A stretch of DNA of 60,387 nucleotides, the filler included, from Catajapyx aquilonaris (lineage: Eukaryota), in NCBI GenBank assembly GCA_000934665.2. It is 2 parts of 2 records of this genome, joined end to end, with 100 filler letters (N's around TTAATTAATTAA, not from the genome) between each part and the next. Parts side by side here need not be neighbours in the genome. Positions count along the whole stretch, not along the records: positions 1 to 30,184 come from KZ539195.1; 1 more part is not named here. One strand, given 5' to 3'. The notes beneath the pieces were generated by a model. That model worked only from the letters and a program-made list of their open reading frames with translations, was not told where the DNA came from and searched no databases. Positions 11,961 through 24,636 of the stretch are shown here, piece after piece. Made by a program: the position numbers and the translations under genes. Each line of letters starts with the position of its first letter. Positions within the stretch are counted from its first letter, which is position 1.

Positions 11961-14035
11961 CTAGCAGGATACCCGGCGTTGCTCGGGTTATGAAATACTT
12001 TTCCATAGGAGTGACTCATTTATTTGGTAGTAACCTTTGCAATAATTATGGCTATACAATGTTGGCATACCTGTAACATGGGAGCATATTGCATGTGCAT
12101 GAAGTCCAAACAACACACTGTGGATGTCGGATTGTAAGAAAATACACGATACACCTCCAAAATCCAGCAAAAGTAGGCTATGTATTGAAAAATTGAAGGT
12201 TGTGCAGTAAATGTAGAATGTAGAAGCTCCAGCAGGGCAGAGCTTACAATCAGACATCCATTGTTTTTTTAAAATGCACATGCAATATTTGGTATGGGAA
12301 ATTACGCTCATAATTGAATAGATGAAGCGTGTTGTCTCGAAGCTTCAACACAATATACCTCTTATTACCATGCTCTTGACCACTCATGATGACAGCAATC
12401 TCATTGCAAGAAGGTTGATTGAATCGACCACGATGCTCGCCTTGTGGTCGCTTGTCTGCATCGATGACCAAGTCAAATTCCAGAGGAGGAGGACTCTCAA
12501 GTGCAAGTTTGAAGCTCTTGACATGAGTGGAATGGATCATCTCCCGAAGTTGCAGTGTGATGTCGAGGCGTGTGCCGCTTAATTAGGTGCAACGGTATCC
12601 CGCCTGTTGTTGCATGTTCCCCACGAAGTAAAGTTGCAGAAACCGCGGACTCTCATTTTCTGAAGGAAGGAGTGATCCCATGCGATGGTAAATTTGCCCT
12701 TGCACTTTGAATGTAGGCATGAAGCCCCCTTCTCTAACAACGTTGACCCCAAAATATGTCATCTGGAAGGCCAAATTGTAATTTCTGATGGTCTTCAGGA
12801 AATGTTTTGAATCAGGTGATGTGCCTATAAGTGGAGCATTTTAAGTAGCTGTGGGGGCTCAGCCAGTAGAGGAAGGCTTTCCAATGGAGCAACAGATCGT
12901 TTTTGTTTCACCCTTCCACTTCTTTGCCTGACAATGGTGGCATACCTCTGACATAGATCCAATTGCAACAACACCGACAGAAGAATAGTCCATGTCTGCT
13001 GAGTAGTGGAAAGCGGCATGTAGGAGGTGGGTTGATGAGAATGGAGCAAATCTCTGACTGATGGCCGCTGTTTCTCATAGAGTGGAGACATATGTTTTTA
13101 GGCCCATCTTAAAGTCGGTGGGGTGTTGAGAATGGGGAGGTCCAAAATTTACAAAGAGGAAAAAAACAAATAAAAGCAAAATGATTGAAAACTACATGAC
13201 AGAACGTAACACAGTTCGGAACAGGAGAATTAAGACAAAAAGCACATGACACAGTATACGTAGAGGAAAAGGTATGGCAGAAAAAGTACGCCAAGAAAAT
13301 TCCGACAGGCTGCCTGAACAAACAACCCAAAACCACTATTTTTACATACAGCCATACAGCGCATTTGTATACCACCAGCTCGAACCCTGGGCCTGCCCCG
13401 AGGCCGCAGTTGGACCGTGCCACCGTGTCTAGGATAAACATGGAATAAGATACAATAGGATAGCAAGATATGGAACTCTTTGAATGTCATGAACAAAACG
13501 TGATCATCGCCCAATCACACCAGTAGTCTCGTAACCAAGGCAACAGTGTGTAATAAATTCTAAATTGGAACAAAAAGTATGCAACCAATGTGAGTGCAAA
13601 AACACTGACCAAAGTACAGCCACCACGTAGAAATGTAATGACACTGAGGGGCTGGAGGAGGAGGAGGNNNNNNNNNNNNNNNNNNNNNNNNNNNNNNNNN
13701 NNNNNNNNNNNNNNNNNNNNNNNNNNNNNNNNNNNNNNNNNNNNNNGGAAGGGGAGGGGAGGGGAGGGAGGGAGGGAGAGGGAGAGAGGAGGAGGAGGGA
13801 GGGAATATGGTTTCCAGGGCAACTGAACAGCATTATTAGAACACAGGGGGCCAACATCCAAAGTCCTTTTCGCCTTCTGTGGCCAAGGATGACCTCGGAG
13901 GTAAATTCCAATGTGCCTATGTTATTCCCGGTAAAAAACAACCCCTGGTGATACCCCTGGGGCATATGTCGGGGCGTCCGTATGGATTTGCATAGCGAAC
14001 AAAGGACAGACATAGGTCTTGAAATATGTATTAGA
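11961..14035 (-). mobile_element. Non-autonomous, internally deleted Helitron
   Basis: On the minus strand it starts with 5'-TC (14035), ends with hairpin ACCCGAGCAACGCCGGGT then CTAG-3' (11961), and sits in an A|T site with no TSD. It carries degenerate RepHel N-terminal motifs and contains an N gap (13668-13746). Confidence 0.88.
12300..12965 (-). pseudogene. Helitron RepHel N-terminal remnants (frameshifted)
   Basis: CHHCQAKKWKGET..CCSIGK, then AFQMTYFG..FKVQGQIYHRMGSLLP..PRFLQLYF, then ADKRPQGEHRGRFNQPSCNEIAVI. These are characteristic Helitron RepHel motifs. No HUH core or Pif1 helicase is present. Confidence 0.85.
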
Positions 14036-14824
14036 TAATTTATTCATCCAATAAATCAATGGCGCATCAATACTGATCCCGGTTCACGACACCAAATTCT
14101 CCTTATGTGACGCCATGTTCTAAGGTAGTACCACCTAGGTCACAGTGAGGGTTACGGAGGGTTCAAGTGACTCAGTGGTTGGTAAGGGGAAGCACTTGAG
14201 TAATTCTTACCACAACAATGGGTAGCCGTGCGATACAGATGCCTGCGGGCTTTACAGAGCATTACATAATCGAATGATTGATATTTGTGTCATTTAGTAC
14301 TGTGATTTTTTTTAATAATATGAATTTGGTACATCGTGTTATGTTGGGTTTCGTTTTATTGCATTCAAACTACATTAATAGATAATACACAACACTTTAA
14401 GCAAGGGGATGATAGCTCCGGTACCATTATACCAGCTTTGTGCAATGACTGTGCAACCATATGGTGAATATCATTATAAAATTCAAAAGTGACTTAAAAT
14501 TGCAGGAATGTAGACCTATCAAACTATCAAACGATAATTTGATCAATTCCAATTGGTGAGGGAAATCCGTTTGTTACGGTGGGATGTACTATGAATCTCA
14601 AATTCTTTTGGCCACTTTATCCAGGTCTTCAAGCAACCCTGCACCCACACACACAGTTCCTCACCGTGGGGCCTGTGCGAAGGGTTGCTAGAAGATTACG
14701 ATAAAGTCGCCAAAAGAATTTGAGGTCTATAGTACTACGACAAAATTGATTTTCACATAACGGGTGTTTGAGCTGTTCCAAGTGTACGCATATCGTGAAT
14801 AGCGTGGGAAAAGCAGTGATACAG

Positions 14825-15148
14825 CTAGTGAAAAATAATTTCTTTAAAAAAGACGGCAATCGAAAGACACAACCCAATGAACAAAACATAAAAAACACTC
14901 TGTAACTTCCGAAGTGAAAATACCACCCTGCCTTCGTCACTTTCGGCAATTTGGTCCCTTCTTCTGGCGTTGGCAGCATTCAGCAATCTCCTGTTATTCA
15001 AAAGTCTCTCTTTTTTCTCGTTCAATCCAATGCTGTAGAAGATGTGCGACCAGTAGTGCCAGTTCTCAGAATAAACAATTCCTTTTGGAAGGAAATATGT
15101 CATATACACTATGCCTGCATGGTCATGGGTAATGAAAGCGAAGTCCTC
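14825..15148 (-). pseudogene. IR C-terminal fragment (S2 end + M4)
   Basis: DFAFITHDHAGIVYMTYFLPKGIVYSENWHYWSHIFYSIGL...FKEIIFH* is homologous to both long IRs. It is truncated upstream by unrelated repeat DNA. Confidence 0.85.
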
Positions 15149-15157
15149 AATGCTCAC

Positions 15158-15213
15158 GATTATCCTGCCTAATGACTGCACGGGTGTCGCCGGATAATCG
15201 GAAAATGGTCCTA
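15158..15213. repeat. Dispersed repeat segment, inverse copy at 39794-39850
   Basis: gattatcc..cctaatgactgca.cgggtgtcgccggataatcggaaaatggtcct matches the reverse complement of 39794-39850. Probably a DNA-transposon end. Confidence 0.65.
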
Positions 15214-16799
15214 CACACTGTAAAAATTGCCTATTCACGGCAGGTTTTTAAAAAGTGTATGCTGCTTGCTTTAATCAAAATAATAGAACCTACCATGGAA
15301 TTTTCATGGCAATGTATTTCCAACCCTGGATGTGAGGGCCGGCAATAAAGTGCTGCAATGAGTTGTCCAATTATCCTCACTGTTTCAAGTACAGAGTGGG
15401 TAATTCCAGGACAGTTCAACCAAAATTCAAAATGTCACCCCTCATTTTTTTATTTAAATGAATATTGGCGCACAGTAACTTAATCACAATAGTAGTGTAA
15501 AACTAATTTTTGTTTCCCCCTACTCTGTCAAGGGCAAGCGTGAAGTCAAGGTCAAAAAATATATGGAAATAGGTGTCTGCATTTCTTGCCATATCTCAGG
15601 AACGACTGGATCTATCGTAACTATTTATATGCCAATCAAGAGAGGGTCGAGAGAGGGTGCCCACAAAATGCCCGAAAATATTTTCAAAAATCAAATTTGA
15701 CGCATTTTCGTGAAAGTGAAACTTTGACCTTTGACCCAGCTAGTCAAACACAAGTCACGAGTTTTAAATTTTGAACAATGACTCTATACTCTATTCTTCG
15801 TCAGAGAAAAAAGTTTAAAAAAAGTTAACTTTTTTGTATTCAAGATATTAATTGACAAAGTGATACGGGTGTAATCGTTCCTCTATACATGGACCTGGGA
15901 ACGGGGACGCCCAGCCAGTCAGGTGCAAGTTAGGATTTTGAGATTTAGAACAATGGTTCAAAGGACTGTTACCTGCCTCTGGTGACATTTTGAAAAATGT
16001 AAAGTCTTTTGTATTCAAAATATTAATTGATAACGTTGGCCGAGCGCAACGGTTCCTCTATTATAAGTATAGGCTACAGTACATGGCCATGAAGTACTGT
16101 GGATTCGATATGCCCGCTCCAAATGCTATCATTGCATGCATGCATAACATCAGTGGTGAGGATATTTGATATGGATAGGATTGTTACAATAAGTAACCGT
16201 GGAAGAGCTGGGGATTTGATAGTTAATTTTTACAAGTTTATATTAAGGAACGCATGATCTCTCTCCGCGGTTACATAATATGCCCCAACTGTGGAGACTG
16301 GGATAACCCCCAAAAAAGTGTCTTGTTGCATTCCAGTGATTTCCTGGGAATATGCCTCGCTGTCGTGGCTTTCACTAATGAACACATTGGACACTGCATG
16401 TATGGGCGGAGAAAATATTCATTTTTACCATGATAGTTGGGCAAGGCTGTCACTAATTCTCTCTACACTACGAAATCACCAAGAGTGATATCAGAATCCC
16501 ACTCGACCAATCACGAGCAAGTAATATTGTCAGTAAGAGTGTTCGTTGCAAATGCTTCTTTATTATATCCTTAACACTTGATAAGAACAACCTGCTTTAC
16601 ACGTTTACTGTTAACCACGTCTTATTCAACTATGCAACACTGTAAAGCAATCGACTCACCGTGATGAAGGAACAGTCATTGAAATATCAAGCTCAGACAC
16701 ATCGGAGGCACGTAATACTAAATAAAACAAAGTTACGATACAATATGCATTTTTTTTTACTTCATCTGAAGGCTGTCCAATCATAGGCGAGCAAAAGTA

Positions 16800-17890
16800 T
16801 GATAATATGGGGATAAATGTTTCCTTTCTTATTTAAGGGCATTGTGGGATAAATGACAATATTTCCCACACATATTTTTTTTTTGCGTGAAAGACCTTCA
16901 TGGCATTTACTCCAAATATTGCGGTGCAGCTACATCATGAAACAATTAGTTTTGTAGCATCATATGATGGTAAATAAGCACTTCTCATTTATAAAATTGA
17001 TATATCATTACAATATTTTTCATGATAATCAATCGAAATATTTGAGGAATTAATTATTAACCGCTGATTATAAGTTGGAATCAAGCGGCTTTTAAAAATT
17101 CAATGTCATTTCTGAACCATTTTTGTGCTTCTTAAAACTGGTTGCGAAACAATGCTATTGCAAAATATAGCCGCGATGATTAAAATGTCTGTCACATTAA
17201 TAAATTTCTGCATATTATTCTAATTGGCATTAATTACTGCTGCGGAAATTTGTGGATTTTACGGATTTATAGAACCTAATTTATAGATGGGAGGCAAGTG
17301 ACGGTTGGCAAGCGGACAGACAGACAGGCAGAAAGACAGACTCACAAACGTCTTTATTTATATAGATTTTTTGCATATACGTTGACCGTCACCGAATTCA
17401 ACATAATACTGAATAATTAATAAGTAATTGGGAAACTACACTAATCGAGCATTGTAATAATTTGGGGATAGTTAATGTCAATTCATACAGCATTGTGGGA
17501 TAAAGTCAAATCAGTTCCACAAAAATAATAATTTATAGCTCTTATTGCTATTCATCATGTACCAAGTAATTTTGTAGCATCATATTAAATGCACTTCTCA
17601 TGTATGAAATTGATCTATCATTACAAATAATTTTTCATGATGAATTGTCAGTCGAAATAATTGAGGAATTAATTATTATCTGCGGATTATAAGGTCGAAT
17701 CAAGCCGGTTTTAAAAATTTTGTGTCATTTCTTAAAACAAGTTTTGTGATTCTTAACACCGGTTGCGAAACCATGCTGTGGTGAAATATAGCCATAATGC
17801 CACGTGAATTAATATCTGTATGTGATTCTAAATAGCATTAATTACTTCTGAGGACATTTTACGGGCTTTTCGGGATTTTAGAACCCAGTT
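16800..17890 (+). repeat. AT-rich ~430-480-bp unit duplicated across the IR array
   Basis: Unit ggggataaatgt...gcattgtgggataaa...tgtagcatcata...gaggaattaattatt...ggttgcgaaac...tagaacc occurs at ~16800-17280, ~17455-17890 and ~19865-20335, inverted at ~25850-26220, and partially at ~26795-26915. Confidence 0.75.
17290..17367 (-). mobile_element. Helitron-like 5'-end fragment with (CTGT)n
   Basis: The minus strand reads A|TCTATATAATAAAGACG followed by CTGT repeats, typical of arthropod non-autonomous Helitron 5' ends. No 3' end was found. Confidence 0.4.
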
Positions 17891-18147
17891 AGAACCACTC
17901 GTGCTTTGTCTCTACTTCTAATGATTTACTATCAATTAAGAAATTAATATGTGTGTCTCATTCAAAAAAAAATCAACCTTTCTTTTTATTTAAATTTAAA
18001 ATACACGTTGAGAATTTATTCTAAATATTTCATAGTTGGAGGACTACCATTGCCTGTTTATGATTTCGCCTGGTATGGCCACATCAAGTGCACCATGGCC
18101 ATAGCAAGTATTTATTTGTTTTGTCCCAATTGCGAACTGTAATTTGT

Positions 18148-19382
18148 TGTAACGCCAGATGGGGCTACTGTGGAGTGTGGTGACGTTACTGACTTTCTGG
18201 TTTGGGTTCCCTCCCTATGGTCGAGGGGGAGGTGGGAACACGTTGCTGCTACCGGGTGGGGGAGACCAACTTGCGCCAGTCTAGGTCAATCCCCATGGGT
18301 TGGTGGGAGGTGAGGGAGGCTAGCTCATGCCAGCCGATTAGCCCCTCGGGATGGAATAGTGGAGAGGGAGGCTAGCTCATGCCAGCCGATTAACCCCTCT
18401 GGTTAGGTCGGTATAGAGAGAGTGATGTCAAGGCGGGGAGGCGAGCTTACGCCGGCCGATTAATCCCCATGGGTTGGCGGGAGGTGAAGGAGGCTAGCTC
18501 ATGCCAGCCGATTAGCCCCTCTGGTTAGGTCGGTATAGAGTTGGTGGGGTGTGAGGAGGCTAGCCAGAGGCCAGCCAATTAGCCCTCGAAGGAAGTAGGG
18601 AAGGTTGTAATGACAGCACAGTAGTTGAGGTTTTCACCCTGGCCACAGGCTGGAGCCGAACCGAACACTGAACCAGTCAAGAGCTCGGATCCGACTCCCT
18701 GAACCATTTGGTTGGTTGGTTGGTAGGAAGGGTTACCCAGCTTGTATGGCTCTGTCTGAGTCGAGCCTTGGCAGCCGGGGGTAGGAGAGGAAGGTGTGGG
18801 ATTGCAAGGTAGGGGTGGAGGAGAAGGGTGGGGGAGAGGAGGGCTGGCCCCGGCTGTACTGCAATGCCGGGTCCAACCCAGGGACGGGGGTGGGATATTC
18901 TCCCAAGCACCCCGTCCAACCAAGAAATGCGAGTCAGGTCCGAGGACCGCTCGAGGAAGAGAGTACCGTCGCTGGCGAACCAGCCGGGCCTCATACAACC
19001 ATTGTAATATTTAATTATATATTGCTCCCTGAACCATGGCCAGCAGCCTTGTATTTATACAGAAAAAGGGGTGCCTGTGATTGGCTACATTCTTAGGGGG
19101 GTTGGGTTTGGAGGGGTGGGTTAGTCACGTGGGTTAACGGCTTTTGGAAGCGTCTGGAAAGAACTGGAAGATGACTAAGGGAAAGTAGGGTGTTGAGGAG
19201 GGTGTGTGAGTGGTGGAGGGGGAGGGTGGATGTTTGAGGAGGGTGGAGTATTTTGGGGTTGCCCCATGTAGGTTCGCCCAATGGGGGTCGGAAGGGTTGG
19301 GAATGATGTGGGGGAGTTGAATACAAAAATGTACAACATAAATTAAAAGCATAAAATAGGTGCATCTTGCTGCGGCGCGACA
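18148..19382 (-). mobile_element. Solo LTR (Gypsy-like, 4-bp TSD)
   Basis: TGTAACG...CGCGACA termini with TTGT on both sides (18144-18147 and 19383-19386). GC-rich relative to the flanks. The minus strand shows CCAAT (~19080-19084), TATAAATA (~19052-19059) and ATTAAA (~19010-19015) in LTR order. Internal ~50-60-bp tandem repeats at 18290-18590. Confidence 0.75.
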
Positions 19383-19470
19383 TTGTTTTAACAATATCAT
19401 TTTTGTCATGTGCTCTTCTTATGAATGATTTCAAATTGCTTTGTTGTTTTTTTTGTTGTTGTTTTTTCAT

Positions 19471-19648
19471 GCCAGGAGAAGAGACCATTTTTTTGAGAGT
19501 GACGAAGAAAAAACGTTGTGTTCACGTTGAAGATGTTGCAAGGTCACTTTATAGTGCTTAGCTGTGGAATATGCTTGGCTCTCGTGGCCTTCATTCATGA
19601 ATATATTCATGCATGTACGGGTCGAGAAAATATCCGTTTTTAAGATAA
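19471..19648 (+). pseudogene. IR M4/C-terminal fragment (subfamily B)
   Basis: ARRRDHFFESDE../VVFTLKMLQGHFIVLSCGICLALVAFIHE is nearly identical to the minus-strand M4 segment at 24637-24770. Confidence 0.75.
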
Positions 19649-21075
19649 TAAGTTAGTTGTTGTGGCACCGGATGTGCCCATGCAGTCATGTCAGGATCAC
19701 ACTGCACTTGTCACGTGCAAGTATTGGCATCGTGAGTTTTCATTTGCAGTTTTCCACATTGACTTTTAATCAACCCCGGAGTAACAATTTGCAAGTAAAT
19801 AGAGTGCACAATTATGTTCTGCTCAATTCATCTGCAGGATGTCCGATCATTGGATAGCAAATGTATGATAATTTAATATATTTGGGGATAAATGTTTTAT
19901 TACATACTTTAATGGCATTGTGGGATAAAGGCTAAATATTTCCCATACATAATTTTGTTGTGCAAAAGCTTTATTCCGAAGTATTGCAGCTGCATCATGT
20001 AACAATTATTGCTGTAGCATCATATGGAAAATAATGGACTTTTCATGTAGAAAATTTATGTATCGTTAGTTCGTTACAATATTCTTTCATGATGTCAAAA
20101 TAACTGAGGAATTAATTATTATCTGCTGATTATAATGTCGAATCAAGCCGCATTTAAACATTTCATGTCATTTCTTAACCATTTTTGTGCTTCTTAAAAC
20201 TGGTTGGGAAACCATTGTATTGTGAAATACAGCCGAAATGATGAAATGTCTGTCACGTAAATAAATTTATGCATATTACTCTAAGCACTTGGCATTAATT
20301 ACTCCTGAAGATATTTCACGGGGTTTTAGAACCTGAAGCCTAAAGAATAGTCTAATAAATGGCACTAGCAGTCAGTGACTTATCAATAAATTATTATGTA
20401 TTATTTATGAGACATCGTAGTGAGATCGAAGCAAGGTCATGTCTTTCTCTGAATTGTGACATGGTGCGAGTTGTGACATTTTGCTATACCTAATTTCAGC
20501 AATATGATTGTAGCGCCCATGGGGCCATTGATTGACAAGTATGTGACGATGCCATGGCAACGAGAACGAGAGTATACAATCGAATAAATCAACAATATAT
20601 TGTGTCATTTATTTCGTGATGTACCACATAATAAATCAACAATGGTGTCATTTATTACAGCAACTAACTGTCACGTGACGTACCGCATCCATGATAGTTT
20701 GTGAAGCCCAATCTTTACATTATATTTAATTTGTGTTTTTCTTTCTAACTCGGCATTTATGAAATGAGGTAAACCGTGCTTTAGACACTGATTATAATTT
20801 TATTGTCTTCTAACCATATCACTACAATAAATTCCAATAGACAGGGAAACTATCATTATACAACTTTGTGCAATACAATCATGTAGATACAACCATAATT
20901 AATTGATCATTGCATATTAATTTCCAAAATAATTAAAACTGCACTACACTTACAGCTTTAGACCTACCAAGAGATCATTTGAATAATTCTTATTAAGGAG
21001 GCCTTTAAATGGTTGTTGAAAAATCATCACAAAATAGTGTGTCTTTATAAAGCAAGTACAACTGGAAAAATTACT

Positions 21076-21583
21076 TTCACGAGATAGTACAGTACGTATC
21101 TGGCCTTATTCTTGAGTACCTCTTGATAATGCGAATTCGAAAGCAACAGTAAAGTGACACATGAAACGAGTAATGAAGAAGCAATGAAACACCACGTTTT
21201 GAGTGTGAAGGGCAAAACTACAATGAGACGGATCCTCTTCTCTAATGGAGTTCGAACAAGGAATGTCAATTTACGATTTGAATATGGATATATTAAGTGA
21301 CCAAGTGCATTTATTTTGTAATTTCAAGTACTGGACATTCCGTAAAAAAAAATTAATCTTCCTCCTATTATATCATCGGCAACTTGAGCCATCGCAGACA
21401 TGTTGTGACCAATGAGGCAAAATTGACCTGAGAAATGTTCCAAGTGAAGTTTAGAGCAGTGCTCAAGAAACACAACTGAATATTCCTTGACATTTCAATG
21501 CAATCCAACTCACTCCCAAAAAAATCAGTTTATAGATTTCAAAAATTTTCTATGCAAGTTTTTGGCCGCGTCCTTAAAAATTT
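21076..21583 (-). pseudogene. IR middle fragment (S1-M1), deleted and frameshifted
   Basis: Homology runs from the NLH.KFLKSI region through TFLVRTPLEKR..VLPFTLKTW to YLVKV. It then joins directly to sequence matching the IR 3' flank (compare 23725 onward). Confidence 0.8.
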
Positions 21584-22029
21584 GTTCACTATGAGTTACA
21601 GAAAAACGTTACAGTATATTATAACCAAGTCTACTATATGCGAAGTTGCTAAAATCGGATGGGGGCATGGGGGCAAACTCGAGCGTTACAGGAAAGCGCT
21701 ACAGTCTACTATATCCGAGTCTATTATAACCGAGTCTACTATATCCGAAGTGGAAAAATTCGGATCCGCATAGGGGGCATGGAGGCAAACTCGAGGACCC
21801 TGCCTGGGGGCCCTGCGATGGGGCCTATGGCGGGGCATGCAGGGATATTCTTACGTGGGTCACCATGAGTGCCTAGACTTTAGGGTCACCATGCATGTGT
21901 CCAGACTTCAATACTGATAATAACCAATCAATTCCCTCCCCCCCAATACTGATCCGATTTTAAAGACGTATTCACGTCAAAAGCTGCGGTTTGTGTTCCC
22001 GACACCACCTAATGTTAATTTTTTTGACA

Positions 22030-24060
22030 TTTATTGACTGGTTATTTTTTAAAAAATATTTTCATGTTTTCATGTTAGTCCATACGTTCAGCGTATATCG
22101 TAAAATGTGCTATGAGTATTCATGAAGAATAAACGTGCCCGGTTCAACTGAGTGTGAGTGCACATGTCTTCGCCAATAAGCAGATTGTCAGGTTCAATGA
22201 TTGTGTTGAGTCATATTTGCTAGCATGCATAAATGACGAAATTGTAGCAACAACAAGGCCAGAGGAGTTATTGAGAGTTAAGGGAACCGCAGTGTCCCAT
22301 ACAATTAAGTAATATTGGACAGTATTCGAATGAAGGTGACATAGTGGAGAAGGTTTGATCAAGGTCAGCGCTCTTCTTGAGCAGCCATTGTCCAAAATCA
22401 AGTACAAAGTTATGATCAACTCAATAAAAAAAATCATTCTTTGCTCATCCATTCCGTGTGCCATTTCTGCAAAGGTGGAAGCCCAACTGTAGAGTCTACC
22501 ATGGCACGGTCAGATGAAATTTCTGAGGTATTTCGCGACACGGCCAGAAACTTGCATGGAAAATTTCTGAAATCTATACAATCATTTGTCAAGAGTCACT
22601 TGGAATGCAATGAAACGTCCAGGAGCATTCACAGGTGTTTCTTGGGCACTGCGCTAAACTTCACTTGGAACATTTCTCACGTCAATTTAGCCTTATTGTA
22701 CAACAACATGACTGCGATAGTTCAATTTGCAGATGATTTTATTCGAGGGAGATTAAATTTCCTTCGCATTGAAGGCTTTTGCAATATTCTGGGTTTATTT
22801 TTCCATAGTCATTACCACAGTCTACCTTTCCAGACTGTACACTCTCCTGACTTTCCCCCCGAGAGAAGATGTCCCCGACACTTTTGAAAAATTGCTGCTT
22901 TCTAATTTCCATATCAAAATGCGAAAGGAAAGTTACGATTACGCACAGGCCAGTCTCGATGTTGATGAAAATGACCCTTTCAAAATCATGTGTAATAGAG
23001 TAGAACCAGTGACAAACATGGATGAGTGTTTCAGCTACATAGTGACTGAAAACTCTGTCTGCGTGGAAGCAACCGGGTGGTTAAAACGGTCGTTGAATCA
23101 ATTGGATGTGTATGGCCAGGATATCGCTTTCATTTCCCATGACTACGCAGTCATTGTCTATTACACAATTAAAGGCCATTTCACAAAAAAATGTCGCTCG
23201 GCAAACGGCGCGACTTGCGGCAAATTTTTTATTTATATTTATTGCTGCCAACTGTTGGCAACAATAAATATAAATAAAAAATTTACACTTCCAAAAGGAA
23301 TGGTTTATTTGGAGAACTGGAACTACTGGTCGCACATCTTCTACAGCATCGGACTGATTGAGAAAAGAGACAGGTTGCTGGAGCACAGAAGATTGCTGGA
23401 TTCTGCTGAAGCCAGAAGGAGTGACCACATATCTGATATTGACGAAGGAAGAGGGGTTTTTTCACTGAAAATGCTGCCGGGTCATTTTTTTGTCTGGTCC
23501 ATTGGGTTGTGCCTTGCTATTACAGTGTTTATGAAAGAAATCATTTTTCACTAGCTCTATCACCGGTTTTTTCTACTCCAATCGCGATATGAATTTATTA
23601 TGGATCAAAAACCATATTTTAGTGTGAATGCTACTTAGATGAAAGTGGTCATATTTTTCTCACCCCATATCCATATGATTTTAGAACTTTTTCTAGAAAG
23701 TTCCATCACTTTGGGTTATAATGAATTTTTCCAGTTGTACTTGCTTTATATAGACACACTATTTTGTGATCATTTTTCAACAACCATTTAAACGCCTCCT
23801 TAATTGGAATTATTCAAATGATCTCTTGGTAGGTCTAAAGCTGTAAGTGTAGTGCAGGTTTAATTATTTTGGAAATTAATATGCAGTGATCAATTAATTA
23901 TGGTTGTACATGTATTGCACAAAGTTGTATAATAATTGTTTCCTTGTCTATTGGAATTTATTGTAGTGATATGGTTAGAAGACAATAAATTATAATCAGT
24001 GTCTAAAGAACGGTTTTCCTCATTTCATAAATGCCGAGTTAGAAAAAATGACAAATTAAA
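22030..24060 (+). repeat. Segmental duplication of the intact-IR cassette (27130-29950)
   Basis: Upstream flank 22030-22357 matches 27133-27462 and downstream flank 23555-24050 matches 29448-29945 at high identity. An inverted copy of the downstream flank lies at ~20160-21075. Confidence 0.85.
22372..23554 (+). pseudogene. IR pseudogene with N-terminal deletion, M1/pore deletion and an insertion
   Basis: Starts at LLEQPLSKIKYK. RLNF is fused out of frame to ALKAF at ~22763 (about 320 bp missing). A foreign in-frame insert lies at ~23168-23287. The C-terminus is nearly identical to the intact gene. Confidence 0.85.
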
Positions 24061-24540
24061 TATAATATAAAAATTGGGGCTTCACGAACTACTGTATCAT
24101 AGATGTGGTACATCACGTAATAAATGACACAATGTTGATTTATTCGATTGTATACTTCCGTTCTCGTTGCCATGGGATCGTCACATACTTGTCAATCAAT
24201 GGCCCCATGGGCGCTACAATCATATTGCTGAAATTAGGTAGAGCAAAATGTCACAACTCGTACCATGTCACAATTCAGAGAAAGACATGACCTTGCTTCG
24301 ATCGCACTACGATGTCTCATATATAATACTTAAAGGTCAAATGGCACTAGCAGTTCTTGACTTATCAATTAGACTATTCTTTAGGATTCAGGTTCTAAAA
24401 ACCAGTAAAAGCCAGTGAAATATCTTCAGGAGTAATTAATGCCAAGTGCTTAGAATAATATGCATAAATTTTATTTACGTGCCAGACATTTCATCATTTC
24501 GGCTATATTTCACAATACAATGGTTTCGCAACTAGTTAAT

Positions 24541-24632
24541 TGTTAGGAACCTGCTCCAATGGAGGGTAAGTAAGGAAAGTGTACAGTTTGGCGCAGTACA
24601 CAGTTATAATGACGATGGAGATGTATATCCAA
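24541..24632 (-). pseudogene. Isolated IR M3 fragment (subfamily B)
   Basis: Translates WIYISIVIITVYCAKLYTFLTYPPLEQVPN, a diverged second copy of the M3 segment at 24863-24950. Confidence 0.7.
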
Positions 24633-24636
24633 GTCA

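Noticed and set aside
13487..14013. ORFs spanning the N run
   Set aside because: Artefacts of ambiguous bases and GA-rich low-complexity sequence inside the Helitron.
18579..19488. Overlapping Pro/Gly-rich ORFs
   Set aside because: They lie in the GC-skewed solo LTR and show no gag or pol motifs.
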